Source of the DNA: Acidobacteriota bacterium
GTDB taxonomy: Bacteria > Acidobacteriota > Thermoanaerobaculia > Multivoradales > JAHZIX01
Reading direction: 5' to 3'
NCBI GenBank assembly: GCA_034211275.1
Contig: JAXHTF010000010.1
Location: 6,808-70,807, forward strand
Length of the DNA stretch: 64,000 nt
A model generated the notes under the pieces. The model worked only from the letters and a program-made list of their open reading frames with translations. It made no database searches and was not told where the DNA came from. Of the stretch, positions 19,202 through 27,754 are shown in pieces; position 1 is the first letter of the stretch, and each line of letters begins with the position of its first letter. The translations under genes were made by a program, and so were the position numbers.

Positions 19202-21060
19202 TCTCGAATCTGCTCCCGGACGCGATCCAGGTCCCACACCTGGATCGTCTCGTCCGCCACGTCCGGCGGTCCCCACAGCTGGTTGAGCCGCTGGCCCATG
19301 GCGGTCCCCTCGCGGTCCATCCAATCCCATTCCCGGCCCCGCAGCTTCCATCCCCGCCGGGGAGAGCGGTGGTCGCCGTCCACCCGGTCCTCCAGCGCTC
19401 CCCGATCCGCGAAGACCACCAGCCAGCGGGCGGGGCTGCGCAGGAAGTCCCGGGGTCGGCCGGGGATCATCTTGTGGATCTGGATGCGCGGATCCCAGAG
19501 CATGCGCTGCATGGGGGCCAGATAGACCGGCCGACGGTGGATGCGCTGCAGGATGTAGGGCGTGCGGGCGAGCCGCCAGCTGGTATGCCAGGGATACTCC
19601 AGCACCGCCTCCTCCTGGGCCTCGGAGCCCTGCTCGGTACCGTTCTCGGCGGCCCTATTTTCGGCGGCCCTGTTCTCGGCGGCTAGACGGAGGTAGAACT
19701 TCGGCACATCCTCCTCGGCCAGCTGCCCCCGAGGGCCGTAGAAGCCCAGGAAATCCTTGTGGTGGGTGAACTCGCTGGTGCGGAAGTCGGTCTGGAGCAG
19801 GGGGCTGGTGAGCACCAGCGCGGCCAACAGTCCGGCGCAAGCGGTCCAACGCAGGCCCTGCTCGGTGCGGGAGGGGCCTCTTCCGCCGCGCCACCACGGC
19901 AGCGTCACCGCCGCCGCCACCCACAGCAGGAGAATGGGGATCAGCACCAGGTTGTAGCGGGTGAATTGGGGTGGCAAGTGCAGGTTGAGGGGTCGCAAGA
20001 CCACCATGCCCACGGCATGGCCCAGCACCAGGGTCAGGGTGTAGAGCCCCAGCCGGCGCCGGTGGCGCAGCAGGAGCCAGAGTCCGGCGACGGCCACGGC
20101 GTAGAAGAGCCCTGCCAGCAGGTTCGAGGTGGAGCCGGATTGCAGGTGGATCACGCCGGCGACGGTGTCGGCGTTGGGCAGCACCAGCTGACGCTTCTCG
20201 CCGATCATCGGTCCGAGGCTGAACCAGCCCGGGATCAGGAAGAGGGCCATGATGCCCAGCACGCCTCCGGCCAGGGCCGCCAAGGGCTGCAGCCGGGTCT
20301 TCAGCGCCGCGATGGTGAAGCCCTCGCGCCGGACGGTGGCCAGCCGCTCGAGGCCGGCGAAAGCCACCGGTGCGAGGACGAAGGCGGTGACCACCAGATG
20401 GAAGTAAATGGCTAGTCCCGCCAGCAGCACATAGACCACTGCCAGCCGGCGGGTGGGAGCCTCCAGCCAGCGATAGAAGACCGCCACGGCGGCGAAGGAG
20501 ATGAGCACCACCGGGGCGTAAGAGCGGACGATGCGTCCATAGAGCACGAAGATCGGCGAGATCGCCAGCAGGAAGGCGAAGACCGCGGCGGTGGAGCGGG
20601 GGATGGATCGGCGCAGCAGCCACGGCCCGCCGACCACCAGGGCCAGGGACGACAGCAGAATGGGCAGCCGCAGCGCCATCTCGCTGAAGGGCACCGGCGA
20701 GACCAGCAGCAGACGATAGAGGGACGAGAGGGGAAGGCAGGCGTCCTGGGGCCGGTAGGTGACGAGGATCTCCGGGAAGGAGAGCTCGAGCACGGCGCGC
20801 ACGGCGTGGAGCTCGTCGCCACCGAGGATCTGGCCCGGCAGCCCCCAGAAGCGCACGAAAGCTCCCAAGCCCAGGATGGGCAGTAGGGTCAGCAGCAGCC
20901 TCCGGCCGCCGCTCTCGCCCTCGGTGTGCACTGACGGATTTTGCTTCAAGAGCGACTTCCCCGGGGCAGCTGGGCGACCCGATCCGGTGCCAGCCGGCGG
21001 ATCTTGGGGAGGATGGCCCGCTGGCCGTCGTCGTCGACGTGGGGGCTGTAGTACTCCCAC
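19198..21060 (-). CDS. GT-C fold membrane glycosyltransferase (ArnT/PMT superfamily, GT39/GT83-like)
   Basis: Multi-TM protein with the N-terminal loop motif FVRFWGLPGQILGGDELHAVRAV. Large C-terminal periplasmic domain. Contains an AAENRAAENRAAEN tandem repeat. The start is uncertain: GTG 21060 overlaps the upstream gene by 114 bp, and an alternative GTG lies at about 20931. Confidence 0.6.
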   Translation of the reverse strand: MGVLQPPRRRRRPAGHPPQDPPAGTGSGRPAAPGKSLLKQNPSVHTEGESGGRRLLLTLLPILGLGAFVRFWGLPGQILGGDELHAVRAVLELSFPEILVTYRPQDACLPLSSLYRLLLVSPVPFSEMALRLPILLSSLALVVGGPWLLRRSIPRSTAAVFAFLLAISPIFVLYGRIVRSYAPVVLISFAAVAVFYRWLEAPTRRLAVVYVLLAGLAIYFHLVVTAFVLAPVAFAGLERLATVRREGFTIAALKTRLQPLAALAGGVLGIMALFLIPGWFSLGPMIGEKRQLVLPNADTVAGVIHLQSGSTSNLLAGLFYAVAVAGLWLLLRHRRRLGLYTLTLVLGHAVGMVVLRPLNLHLPPQFTRYNLVLIPILLLWVAAAVTLPWWRGGRGPSRTEQGLRWTACAGLLAALVLTSPLLQTDFRTSEFTHHKDFLGFYGPRGQLAEEDVPKFYLRLAAENRAAENRAAENGTEQGSEAQEEAVLEYPWHTSWRLARTPYILQRIHRRPVYLAPMQRMLWDPRIQIHKMIPGRPRDFLRSPARWLVVFADRGALEDRVDGDHRSPRRGWKLRGREWDWMDREGTAMGQRLNQLWGPPDVADETIQVWDLDRVREQIRD

Positions 21061-22319
21061 ACCACTTCACCGTCGGGGGTCACCTCCAGCGCTCGGCCGT
21101 CCTCCGATTCGGCGAGGAGGGTGTTGCCGTTGGGCAGCCGCTGGCTGGAGCCCCGGGCGATGGTGTAGAGCTCCGGCGCCCGGTACTCCCAGACGATCTC
21201 GTCGGTGCGGGGGTCGATCTCCACCACCCGCGACCACCCTCGCCCCAGACCGTTGTCGAAGAGCAGGACGTGGCCGTTGTCCAGTAGCGTGGCGTCGTGG
21301 GGTCCGGAGATCTCTCCCTGCCCCCAGGCCCACAGGAGCTCGCGCCGGGGCCAGTCGATGATCGCCACGACGTCCTGGTGGCGGCAGGTGAGGAGCAGGT
21401 TGTCCGGGCTGTAGAGGGCATCTTCGGCGGCGAGCTCCGGCGACGGTGTCAGCCATTCGAGGCCGTTGCAGTGCAGCAGCCCGATGCTCTCGACGCCGTC
21501 CTCCTTCTCCCGCGCCTCCACCTTCTGGAGCTGAAAGCGCTCCGGCTGGCTGCGCAGCAGGTCGAGGATGGAAGCACTCTCAAGCTTCTCGCCGTCGGCG
21601 CTCAAGAGCTGGATGCGGTTGTCGTGGATGCGGGCGGTGGGGTGGATGCTCTCGTCCCAGCGGCGCCGGGAGGTGAGCACGGCGATCCTTCCGTCGGGGA
21701 GCACGTCCATCTCGTGATGGGCCCGCAGCTGCCGCTTCCACAGCACCCCGCCGTCCCAATTCAGCTTCATCAATACGCGGCTCTTGCGGCCAGTGGCCGA
21801 GCTCCCGGGGGTGGATTCGGCCTCTTCCGCGTCCTCGTCGTCGACCTCGTCCTCGTCCGACTTCGCTGCGGCGGAGCGGGCTCTCTCGGTGGTGACCTTG
21901 CCCTCGGTTGCGATGACCAGCAGGGTGTTGTCCTCCAGCAGCTCCGCGTGGCCCCAATGAGCGCAGGGGGACTTCTCCCAGCGGTGCACGACCTTGCCTC
22001 GGGGGCTTATGAGCTCGGCGGCGCAGTCCTCTTCAATCACCACCAGGTTGTAGCCGGGGAAAGAGCGCTGCGGGTCGAAGACGGTCACCTTCTGGAGATT
22101 CGGATCGGCGGCGCCGGCACCGCCAGCGTAGGGCAGGGCGCGTAGAGCATCCAGGTCCTGGGGGTCGACGGCTCCGGGGCTCGCCGCGGCGCTGTCCGGT
22201 TCCGTCGGCGGAGTGTCTTGCGGAGCTCCGGAGGGAGCGGGACCGCAGGCGAAGAGCACGCCCGCGAGGAGGAGCATCGAGACGGACGGCAGCGAGATCT
22301 GGCGCAAAGTCGGCATCAT
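20946..22319 (-). CDS. arylsulfotransferase (ASST)-like beta-propeller lipoprotein
   Basis: Start ATG 22319 overlaps the upstream stop (ATGA). Lipobox LLLAGVLFACG. ASST-like motifs HDATLLDNGHVLLFDNG, VVEIDPRTDEIVWEY and LLLTCRHQDVVAIIDW. The track ORF runs upstream to 22904 without support. Confidence 0.6.
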   Translation of the reverse strand: MMPTLRQISLPSVSMLLLAGVLFACGPAPSGAPQDTPPTEPDSAAASPGAVDPQDLDALRALPYAGGAGAADPNLQKVTVFDPQRSFPGYNLVVIEEDCAAELISPRGKVVHRWEKSPCAHWGHAELLEDNTLLVIATEGKVTTERARSAAAKSDEDEVDDEDAEEAESTPGSSATGRKSRVLMKLNWDGGVLWKRQLRAHHEMDVLPDGRIAVLTSRRRWDESIHPTARIHDNRIQLLSADGEKLESASILDLLRSQPERFQLQKVEAREKEDGVESIGLLHCNGLEWLTPSPELAAEDALYSPDNLLLTCRHQDVVAIIDWPRRELLWAWGQGEISGPHDATLLDNGHVLLFDNGLGRGWSRVVEIDPRTDEIVWEYRAPELYTIARGSSQRLPNGNTLLAESEDGRALEVTPDGEVVWEYYSPHVDDDGQRAILPKIRRLAPDRVAQLPRGSRS

Positions 22320-24199
22320 CTTTGGGTTCGACAGGAGGGCAGTGGATTCGATGGGTCGGAGGACGCGGGGGCCGAAGCCGGGCTTTGGAAATAGAGCGGG
22401 TTGGTGAAGGCCAGGCCGCGGCCTCCCTGCCAGACCTCCACCCGGATGAATCCCGGATCCCCCACCGTGGTCAACAGCTCGGAACGATAGATCCTTGGGC
22501 TCCCGTCGCCGGGCCCGTTGCTGGTTGGACCACCGGCGTCCTGCCCGGCCGCCGAGGTCTCTTCCTGAGCCACTCGCCCGTCGACGATCCAGCGGATACG
22601 GCTGTTGGTGGGCAAGCCCGTGGCTTCCAGTACCAGCTCTTGGGACGCGCCGTTGGGCTCGATGACCTGGCCCATGGGGCGTCCGTCGGCGGTGGTCAGC
22701 TCCAGGGTGCCGCGGAAGCGGGCCGGATCGGCGAAGAAGGCGCGGCCGCACCGCAATCCCTCGATGAGCCCCGGGCGGCTGGTGTCCTTCGCCCACACCC
22801 AGGTCAGGAAATTGTTGCCTCCTCGCCAGCCCTCGTCTTGGTCGTGGGAGTCGCTGGTGCCGATCCCCGTGACCACGGTGCCGGCGGCGCTCAGCCGGTC
22901 CCACACCGCCAGGTGCTGGGACAGCGGCAGCACTCGTTGCGGATACCCCACCTCCAGCAGGTCGGCGCCGTAGAGGCGTTCCCGGACGGCGAGCTCACCG
23001 CGCTGGGCGAGCTCTTCCTGAACCTCTTCCTCCGGCTCGTCGCCGGCGCCGAAGATGTGATTGTAGCTCACCACCCCGCCCCGTTCGTGCACCCAGTCGA
23101 CGGTTGCCTGGGGCTCCATGCCGTGGGGGAACGTGTCGAAATCCGGTAGCTCCACCCGTGGCAGAAAGGCGTTGAAGTGGACTCCGTAGCTGATTTCCAG
23201 GCCCACGTGCTGGACGATGCCCGACGCCGCCTCCAGCTCTTGCGCCCTCTCCTCTTCCAAGGCGAGGACCGCCGTGCCGTCCCGCAGGGTTTGGAGGCGC
23301 AAGTCGTCCACCAGGACCCGCGCCTCGGCGCCTCGGCGCACCCAGAGTCGCACGTCGACCCGCCGCAGGCTGTTGTCCCCGTCGCCCAGGTCCAGCTCCT
23401 GGGCATCCTGGGACACCGGCAGGGTCAGGCGGGTCCACTGCTCCGGGGGCGCTGCCACCGGTACCACGCCCACCACCTTGCCGCCTTGGGTTCGCCGCCG
23501 CCGGGGGCCGGTCTCGCCGACCCGGTACACCAGCTCCGCCAGTCCTTCTTCCTGCCGCGACAGGGCCAGGCGGATCTCCAGCTGAGCGTTCTCCCCCAGC
23601 GCCGTCTCCGGCCGCACCGCCAGCTCGACGGTGACCTCGGAGCTCAGCGGGCGGGTGTAGCGGCCGCCGCTGGCGTCCACCTCGCCGCCGGTCCAGCCCC
23701 AGGAGAGCTCGCCGGGGCGGGCGCGGGCGGTCAGTTCCAGCGCGCCGTCGCCCTGGAGTGCCTCACGGCTGATCTCCTGCTCCGCCACCGCCAGCGCCTC
23801 GCCGCCGTCCCGGCGATGCCAGGCGGTGAGGATCTTGCGCGGGCGCTTGCTCCAGGGGGCGCCGCGATGGGGGATGGGGACGCGCCGGCGCAGCTGATCG
23901 AAGTCGAAGCTGTCGACGAAGGTGTGGCGGGCGATGCGCCAGTCGTGATCGGTCCACCACAGGACGTCGACACCGCCCAGCTCCTGGGCCGCGCGGGTCT
24001 GTCCGGCCATGGTGCCGACACCTTCGCTGAGGCTGCCGTGAAGGTGCAGCTGCACCGAGTAATAGCGGCCGGATGACGCCGTCGACTCCGGCTCGGGGGC
24101 TCCGCAGGCGGCGAGGAGGACCATCCCCGTCAGCAGGCTCCCCAACAACAGGCCCTTCGACCATAGACCCGCGTCGATCCATCGGGAAGCGGCGGTCAT
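22316..24199 (-). CDS. PHP-domain (CehA/McbA-like) metal-dependent phosphoesterase lipoprotein
   Basis: Start ATG 24199 (GGAGAAG upstream) overlaps the upstream stop (ATGA). Lipobox LLAACG. PHP motifs LHLHGSLSEG, WWTDHDW and IGTSDSHD. Confidence 0.6.
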   Translation of the reverse strand: MTAASRWIDAGLWSKGLLLGSLLTGMVLLAACGAPEPESTASSGRYYSVQLHLHGSLSEGVGTMAGQTRAAQELGGVDVLWWTDHDWRIARHTFVDSFDFDQLRRRVPIPHRGAPWSKRPRKILTAWHRRDGGEALAVAEQEISREALQGDGALELTARARPGELSWGWTGGEVDASGGRYTRPLSSEVTVELAVRPETALGENAQLEIRLALSRQEEGLAELVYRVGETGPRRRRTQGGKVVGVVPVAAPPEQWTRLTLPVSQDAQELDLGDGDNSLRRVDVRLWVRRGAEARVLVDDLRLQTLRDGTAVLALEEERAQELEAASGIVQHVGLEISYGVHFNAFLPRVELPDFDTFPHGMEPQATVDWVHERGGVVSYNHIFGAGDEPEEEVQEELAQRGELAVRERLYGADLLEVGYPQRVLPLSQHLAVWDRLSAAGTVVTGIGTSDSHDQDEGWRGGNNFLTWVWAKDTSRPGLIEGLRCGRAFFADPARFRGTLELTTADGRPMGQVIEPNGASQELVLEATGLPTNSRIRWIVDGRVAQEETSAAGQDAGGPTSNGPGDGSPRIYRSELLTTVGDPGFIRVEVWQGGRGLAFTNPLYFQSPASAPASSDPSNPLPSCRTQR

Positions 24200-25617
24200 A
24201 ACTTCTCCAGAGCTTTGAAGGCGGGCTCCATGCTGCGCTGCCAGCCCGCCGCTACGAGGAGCAGGAAGAGTCCCACGGTAGCGGCTGCACCGGCCCAGCG
24301 CCATCGCTGAGCCCTGCTCAACAAGCCAACGGAGCCGGAAAGGGCACCCAGTAGAGCACCCGCGTAGAGCATCAGCAGGGGCAATATCGGTACGTGGAAG
24401 CGGGGGATGGCGTTGGCCAGCACGTGCACCCCGATGGTGAGCAGCAGCGCCGCCAGCATCAGCGGTTTGAAATGAGGATCCGGCACCAGCCACAGGCCGG
24501 CTAAGGCGGCCACCATCAACAGCAGGTAGAGGCCCACTTCGGTGCTCAGCAGGACCACGGCGGTGGAGCGGGAGAGGCCGGGGATCCACTCATTCTCCAC
24601 GAAGCGCACTGTCTGGCTGTGCACCGACCACAGGCGCACATTGTTGCGCGCCAGCTTCTTGAACAGCCAAGCGGGCTGCTCGGCGCCGATGGACTCCAGC
24701 GCGATCTGCCGCCAATAGGCTTCCGCCTCCAGCTCGCTCATACCCTCCGGTGCCGCCTTGCGCAGAGGACCGCCCAGACCGTCCCCTAGCAGCCAGTCGT
24801 CTTCCGGCAGCAGATTGCCCACGGCGATGGGCATCCAGCGGCAGGTGGAGATCACCACCGGCGCGCCGTGGACCGCGGTGTTGCGCACCGTCCATGGCAG
24901 CACCACCGCCGCGGCGGCGGCGCAGAAGAGGAGGGCCGGCTTCCAGCCTTGGCGCAGGCCCGCTCGTAGCGTTTGGGGGATCTGGCGGAACGAGAGCCGG
25001 TCGCTCCCCGGGGCGAGCTGCCAGACGACCCACAGCGCGCCCACGGCGGTGAAGAAGAGCCAGACCTCCTTGGTCAGGGCGGTGAGGCCGAGGGCGGCGC
25101 CGGCGGCGAGGAGGAAGCCCCGCTGCCGGCTCGTACGCCAGCGCTCCAGCAGCCACAGGGTGAGTACCAGCAGCGCTGCCGCCAGTCCCTCCGACCATAG
25201 GAAGTGGCTGTAGTGCACCAGCGCCGGCTGCAGCGCGCAGGCCAGACCAGCGGCGAGGCCTGCCGCTGGGCCGAAGCGGCGCCGGGCGAGGTCGTAGACT
25301 CCCGCCACCAGCGCCGTGGAGAGCAGAATCTGCACCAGCCGTATAGCGTCGAGGCCGCCGCCAAGGCGCAGCACGACGGCCATCAGGGTCGGATAGAGGG
25401 GGGGGCGGAAGGAGCCTGGGTGGCCCTCGCCGGCGGCGATGGACTCGGCCATGCGCACATAGTAGGACTCGTCGCCGCGCAGATCCTCCACTGGCGCGAA
25501 GGGTAGCCAGGCCAGGAGACGGACGGCGAAGGCGAAGAGCAACAGCCCACCGACCCACCAGCGGTACCGGTGGGTCGGTGAGGATGAAGAAAGCTGATCT
25601 GGAGCTGATGCGGACAT
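24196..25617 (-). CDS. GT-C fold membrane glycosyltransferase, ArnT-like (GT83/GT39 family)
   Basis: 473 aa, about 11 TM segments. ArnT-like first-loop motif GDESYYVRMAESI (compare DExRYAE). Confidence 0.7.
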   Translation of the reverse strand: MSASAPDQLSSSSPTHRYRWWVGGLLLFAFAVRLLAWLPFAPVEDLRGDESYYVRMAESIAAGEGHPGSFRPPLYPTLMAVVLRLGGGLDAIRLVQILLSTALVAGVYDLARRRFGPAAGLAAGLACALQPALVHYSHFLWSEGLAAALLVLTLWLLERWRTSRQRGFLLAAGAALGLTALTKEVWLFFTAVGALWVVWQLAPGSDRLSFRQIPQTLRAGLRQGWKPALLFCAAAAAVVLPWTVRNTAVHGAPVVISTCRWMPIAVGNLLPEDDWLLGDGLGGPLRKAAPEGMSELEAEAYWRQIALESIGAEQPAWLFKKLARNNVRLWSVHSQTVRFVENEWIPGLSRSTAVVLLSTEVGLYLLLMVAALAGLWLVPDPHFKPLMLAALLLTIGVHVLANAIPRFHVPILPLLMLYAGALLGALSGSVGLLSRAQRWRWAGAAATVGLFLLLVAAGWQRSMEPAFKALEKL

Positions 25618-25648
25618 GAAGGGGCCGCCACCGGCGGCCGGAGGGCAG

Positions 25649-27370
25649 CTAGGCTACCGTCTCGCGCACCACCTCTTCGATGGTGGTGACGCCGTCGCGG
25701 ATCTTCTGCAAACCACTCTGGCGCAGGGTGAGCATGCCCAGCTCGATGGCGCGCTGGCGCAGCTCGTAGGAGCTGGCGCCGGAGAGGATCATCTCGCGCA
25801 TGTCGTCGCCCACGCCCATCACCTCGTAGAGGCCGACGCGGCCCTTGTAGCCGGTACCGTTGCAGCGGTCGCAGCCGCGGCCCCGGAAGAGCTTCAGCCC
25901 CTTGGCCTCGCGCTCGTTGAAGCCGACGTTGACCAGCGCCGCCGGCGGTGCCTCCGAAGGCTCCTTGCAGTAGCTGCACACGCGCCGCACCAGACGCTGG
26001 GCCACCACCATATGCACCGAGGTGGCCACCAGGAAGGGTTCGATACCCATGTTCATCATGCGGCTGATGGACGACGGAGCGTCGTTGGTGTGTAGGGTGG
26101 AGAGCACCAAGTGACCGGTCATGGCGGCCTTGATGGCGACCTCGGCGGTTTCGAAGTCGCGGATCTCACCCACCAGGATGATGTTCGGGTCCTGGCGCAG
26201 GAAGGAGCGCAGGGTCGAGGCGAAGTTGAGGCCGATCTGCTCCTTCATCTGCACCTGGTTGATGCCCGGCAGGTTGAACTCCACCGGATCCTCGGCGGTC
26301 ATGATGTTGACCTCCGGGGTGTTGATGCGGGAGAGGGCGGAGTACAGCGTGTTGGTCTTGCCCGAACCCGTGGGGCCGGTGACCAGAACCATGCCGTAGG
26401 GCTTCAAAATGGCTTGCTCGAAGGAGCGCAGGGAGTCCGGCTCGAACCCCAACTTGGTGAGGTCGAGCATCAGGTTGTCCTGGTCCAGCAGCCGCATGAC
26501 GATCTTCTCGCCGAAGAGCGTCGGCAGCACCGAGACTCGGTAGTCCAGGGACTTGATCTTGCCGGAGATGCGGGTGCGGATCTTGATGCGGCCGTCCTGG
26601 GGAAGCCGCTTCTCGGCGATGTCCAGCTTGGCCATGATCTTGGCGCGGCTGGTGATCGCCTCGCGCAGCTTGAGGGGCGGCCGCATCACTTCGTAGAGAA
26701 TGCCGTCGATGCGGTAGCGGACGCGGAATTCCTTCTCGTAGGGCTCGACGTGGATGTCCGAGGCGCCGCGCTTGATGGCGTCGGTGAGCACCAGGTTCAC
26801 CAGCTTGACCACCGGCGCCGTCTCCGACTCCTCCTCGAGGCTGGAGAGATCCAGATCCTCGTCTTCCTCCAGCACCTCCAGGTCCGACTCGTCTTCCTCC
26901 GTCAGGTCGTCCATGACCTTCTTGAGCTCGACGGCGTGGGTGCTGCCGTAGTAGCTGTCGATGGCGGTGCGGATGGCGTTGTCCGAAGCCAGCACCGGCT
27001 GCACCTGGTAGCCGGTCATGAACTTGATGTCGTCCATGGCGAAGACGTTGCTGGGATCGCTCATCGCCAGCGTCACCTTCGCTCCCGCCTTGGAGACCGG
27101 CAGGACCGTGTACTTGCGCGCAATGTCGGCGGGGATGATGCCGATCACCGACTCGTCGACTTCCATGTTGGTGAGATCTACCGCCGGAACACCGAAGTGC
27201 TTGGAGAGGAACTCGGTGAGCTCGGCTTCGGTGAGCAGGCCCAGGCTGACCAGCGCGGCGCCCAGGCGCCCGCCGTGCTCCTTCTGATGCTGCAGGGCCT
27301 GCTTCAGCTGGCTCTTGTCGATCTTGCCGGCGCTGAGCAGCGCCTCGCCGAATCTTTCTTGTATTGCCAT
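25649..27370 (-). CDS. pilB: type IV pilus assembly / type II secretion ATPase (GspE/PilB family)
   Basis: 573 aa. N-terminal GSPII_E_N-like domain, Walker A GPTGSGKT, Asp and His boxes, tetracysteine motif CSYC...CDRC. A lone gene with no adjacent pilT/pilC/pilM genes. Confidence 0.8.
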   Translation of the reverse strand: MAIQERFGEALLSAGKIDKSQLKQALQHQKEHGGRLGAALVSLGLLTEAELTEFLSKHFGVPAVDLTNMEVDESVIGIIPADIARKYTVLPVSKAGAKVTLAMSDPSNVFAMDDIKFMTGYQVQPVLASDNAIRTAIDSYYGSTHAVELKKVMDDLTEEDESDLEVLEEDEDLDLSSLEEESETAPVVKLVNLVLTDAIKRGASDIHVEPYEKEFRVRYRIDGILYEVMRPPLKLREAITSRAKIMAKLDIAEKRLPQDGRIKIRTRISGKIKSLDYRVSVLPTLFGEKIVMRLLDQDNLMLDLTKLGFEPDSLRSFEQAILKPYGMVLVTGPTGSGKTNTLYSALSRINTPEVNIMTAEDPVEFNLPGINQVQMKEQIGLNFASTLRSFLRQDPNIILVGEIRDFETAEVAIKAAMTGHLVLSTLHTNDAPSSISRMMNMGIEPFLVATSVHMVVAQRLVRRVCSYCKEPSEAPPAALVNVGFNEREAKGLKLFRGRGCDRCNGTGYKGRVGLYEVMGVGDDMREMILSGASSYELRQRAIELGMLTLRQSGLQKIRDGVTTIEEVVRETVA

Positions 27371-27754
27371 GTACCTACCAGACGGATCCTGCGTCAGCGC
27401 TTCCTGAAGAATTCCCGAAGGGAGTATTCAGCCTGACGGTTGTTTGGGTGACCCGGCCGCGAAGCGACGCTCCGGTGTTCCACCTTGGCGCGCCGAGCCT
27501 CCTGCCGGAGATTCCCTGTAGCCCCACAAACCGCACGACTACCTCTGCGCCCGAGAAAGGAGCAGTCTAGCAACCGGTGCGGAGAAGGGTCAACGCGCGG
27601 CGGTTTGGCGTGGCAGGCCACCCTTAGCGTTTCTTTAGCCAAACCTCGGCCAATCCTCGGGATCCGAAGGCGGTGACTGGCCCATGCTCGCGAGTGCCCG
27701 CTATGGCGAGGCGACCCATGGGCCTATGGACCAACCGCCAAGGAGATCCGAAGC

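Noticed and set aside
20931-21060. 114-bp same-strand overlap between the ASST-like gene end and the GT-C gene start
   Set aside because: Probably a start-codon mis-call. Both candidate starts are GTG (21060 and about 20931) and neither has a clear SD, so the overlap is not treated as a biological feature.
19655-21070. 471-aa alternate-frame ORF over the GT-C gene
   Set aside because: Pro/Arg/Gly-rich translation with no TM pattern. The GT-C frame has the expected multi-TM topology.
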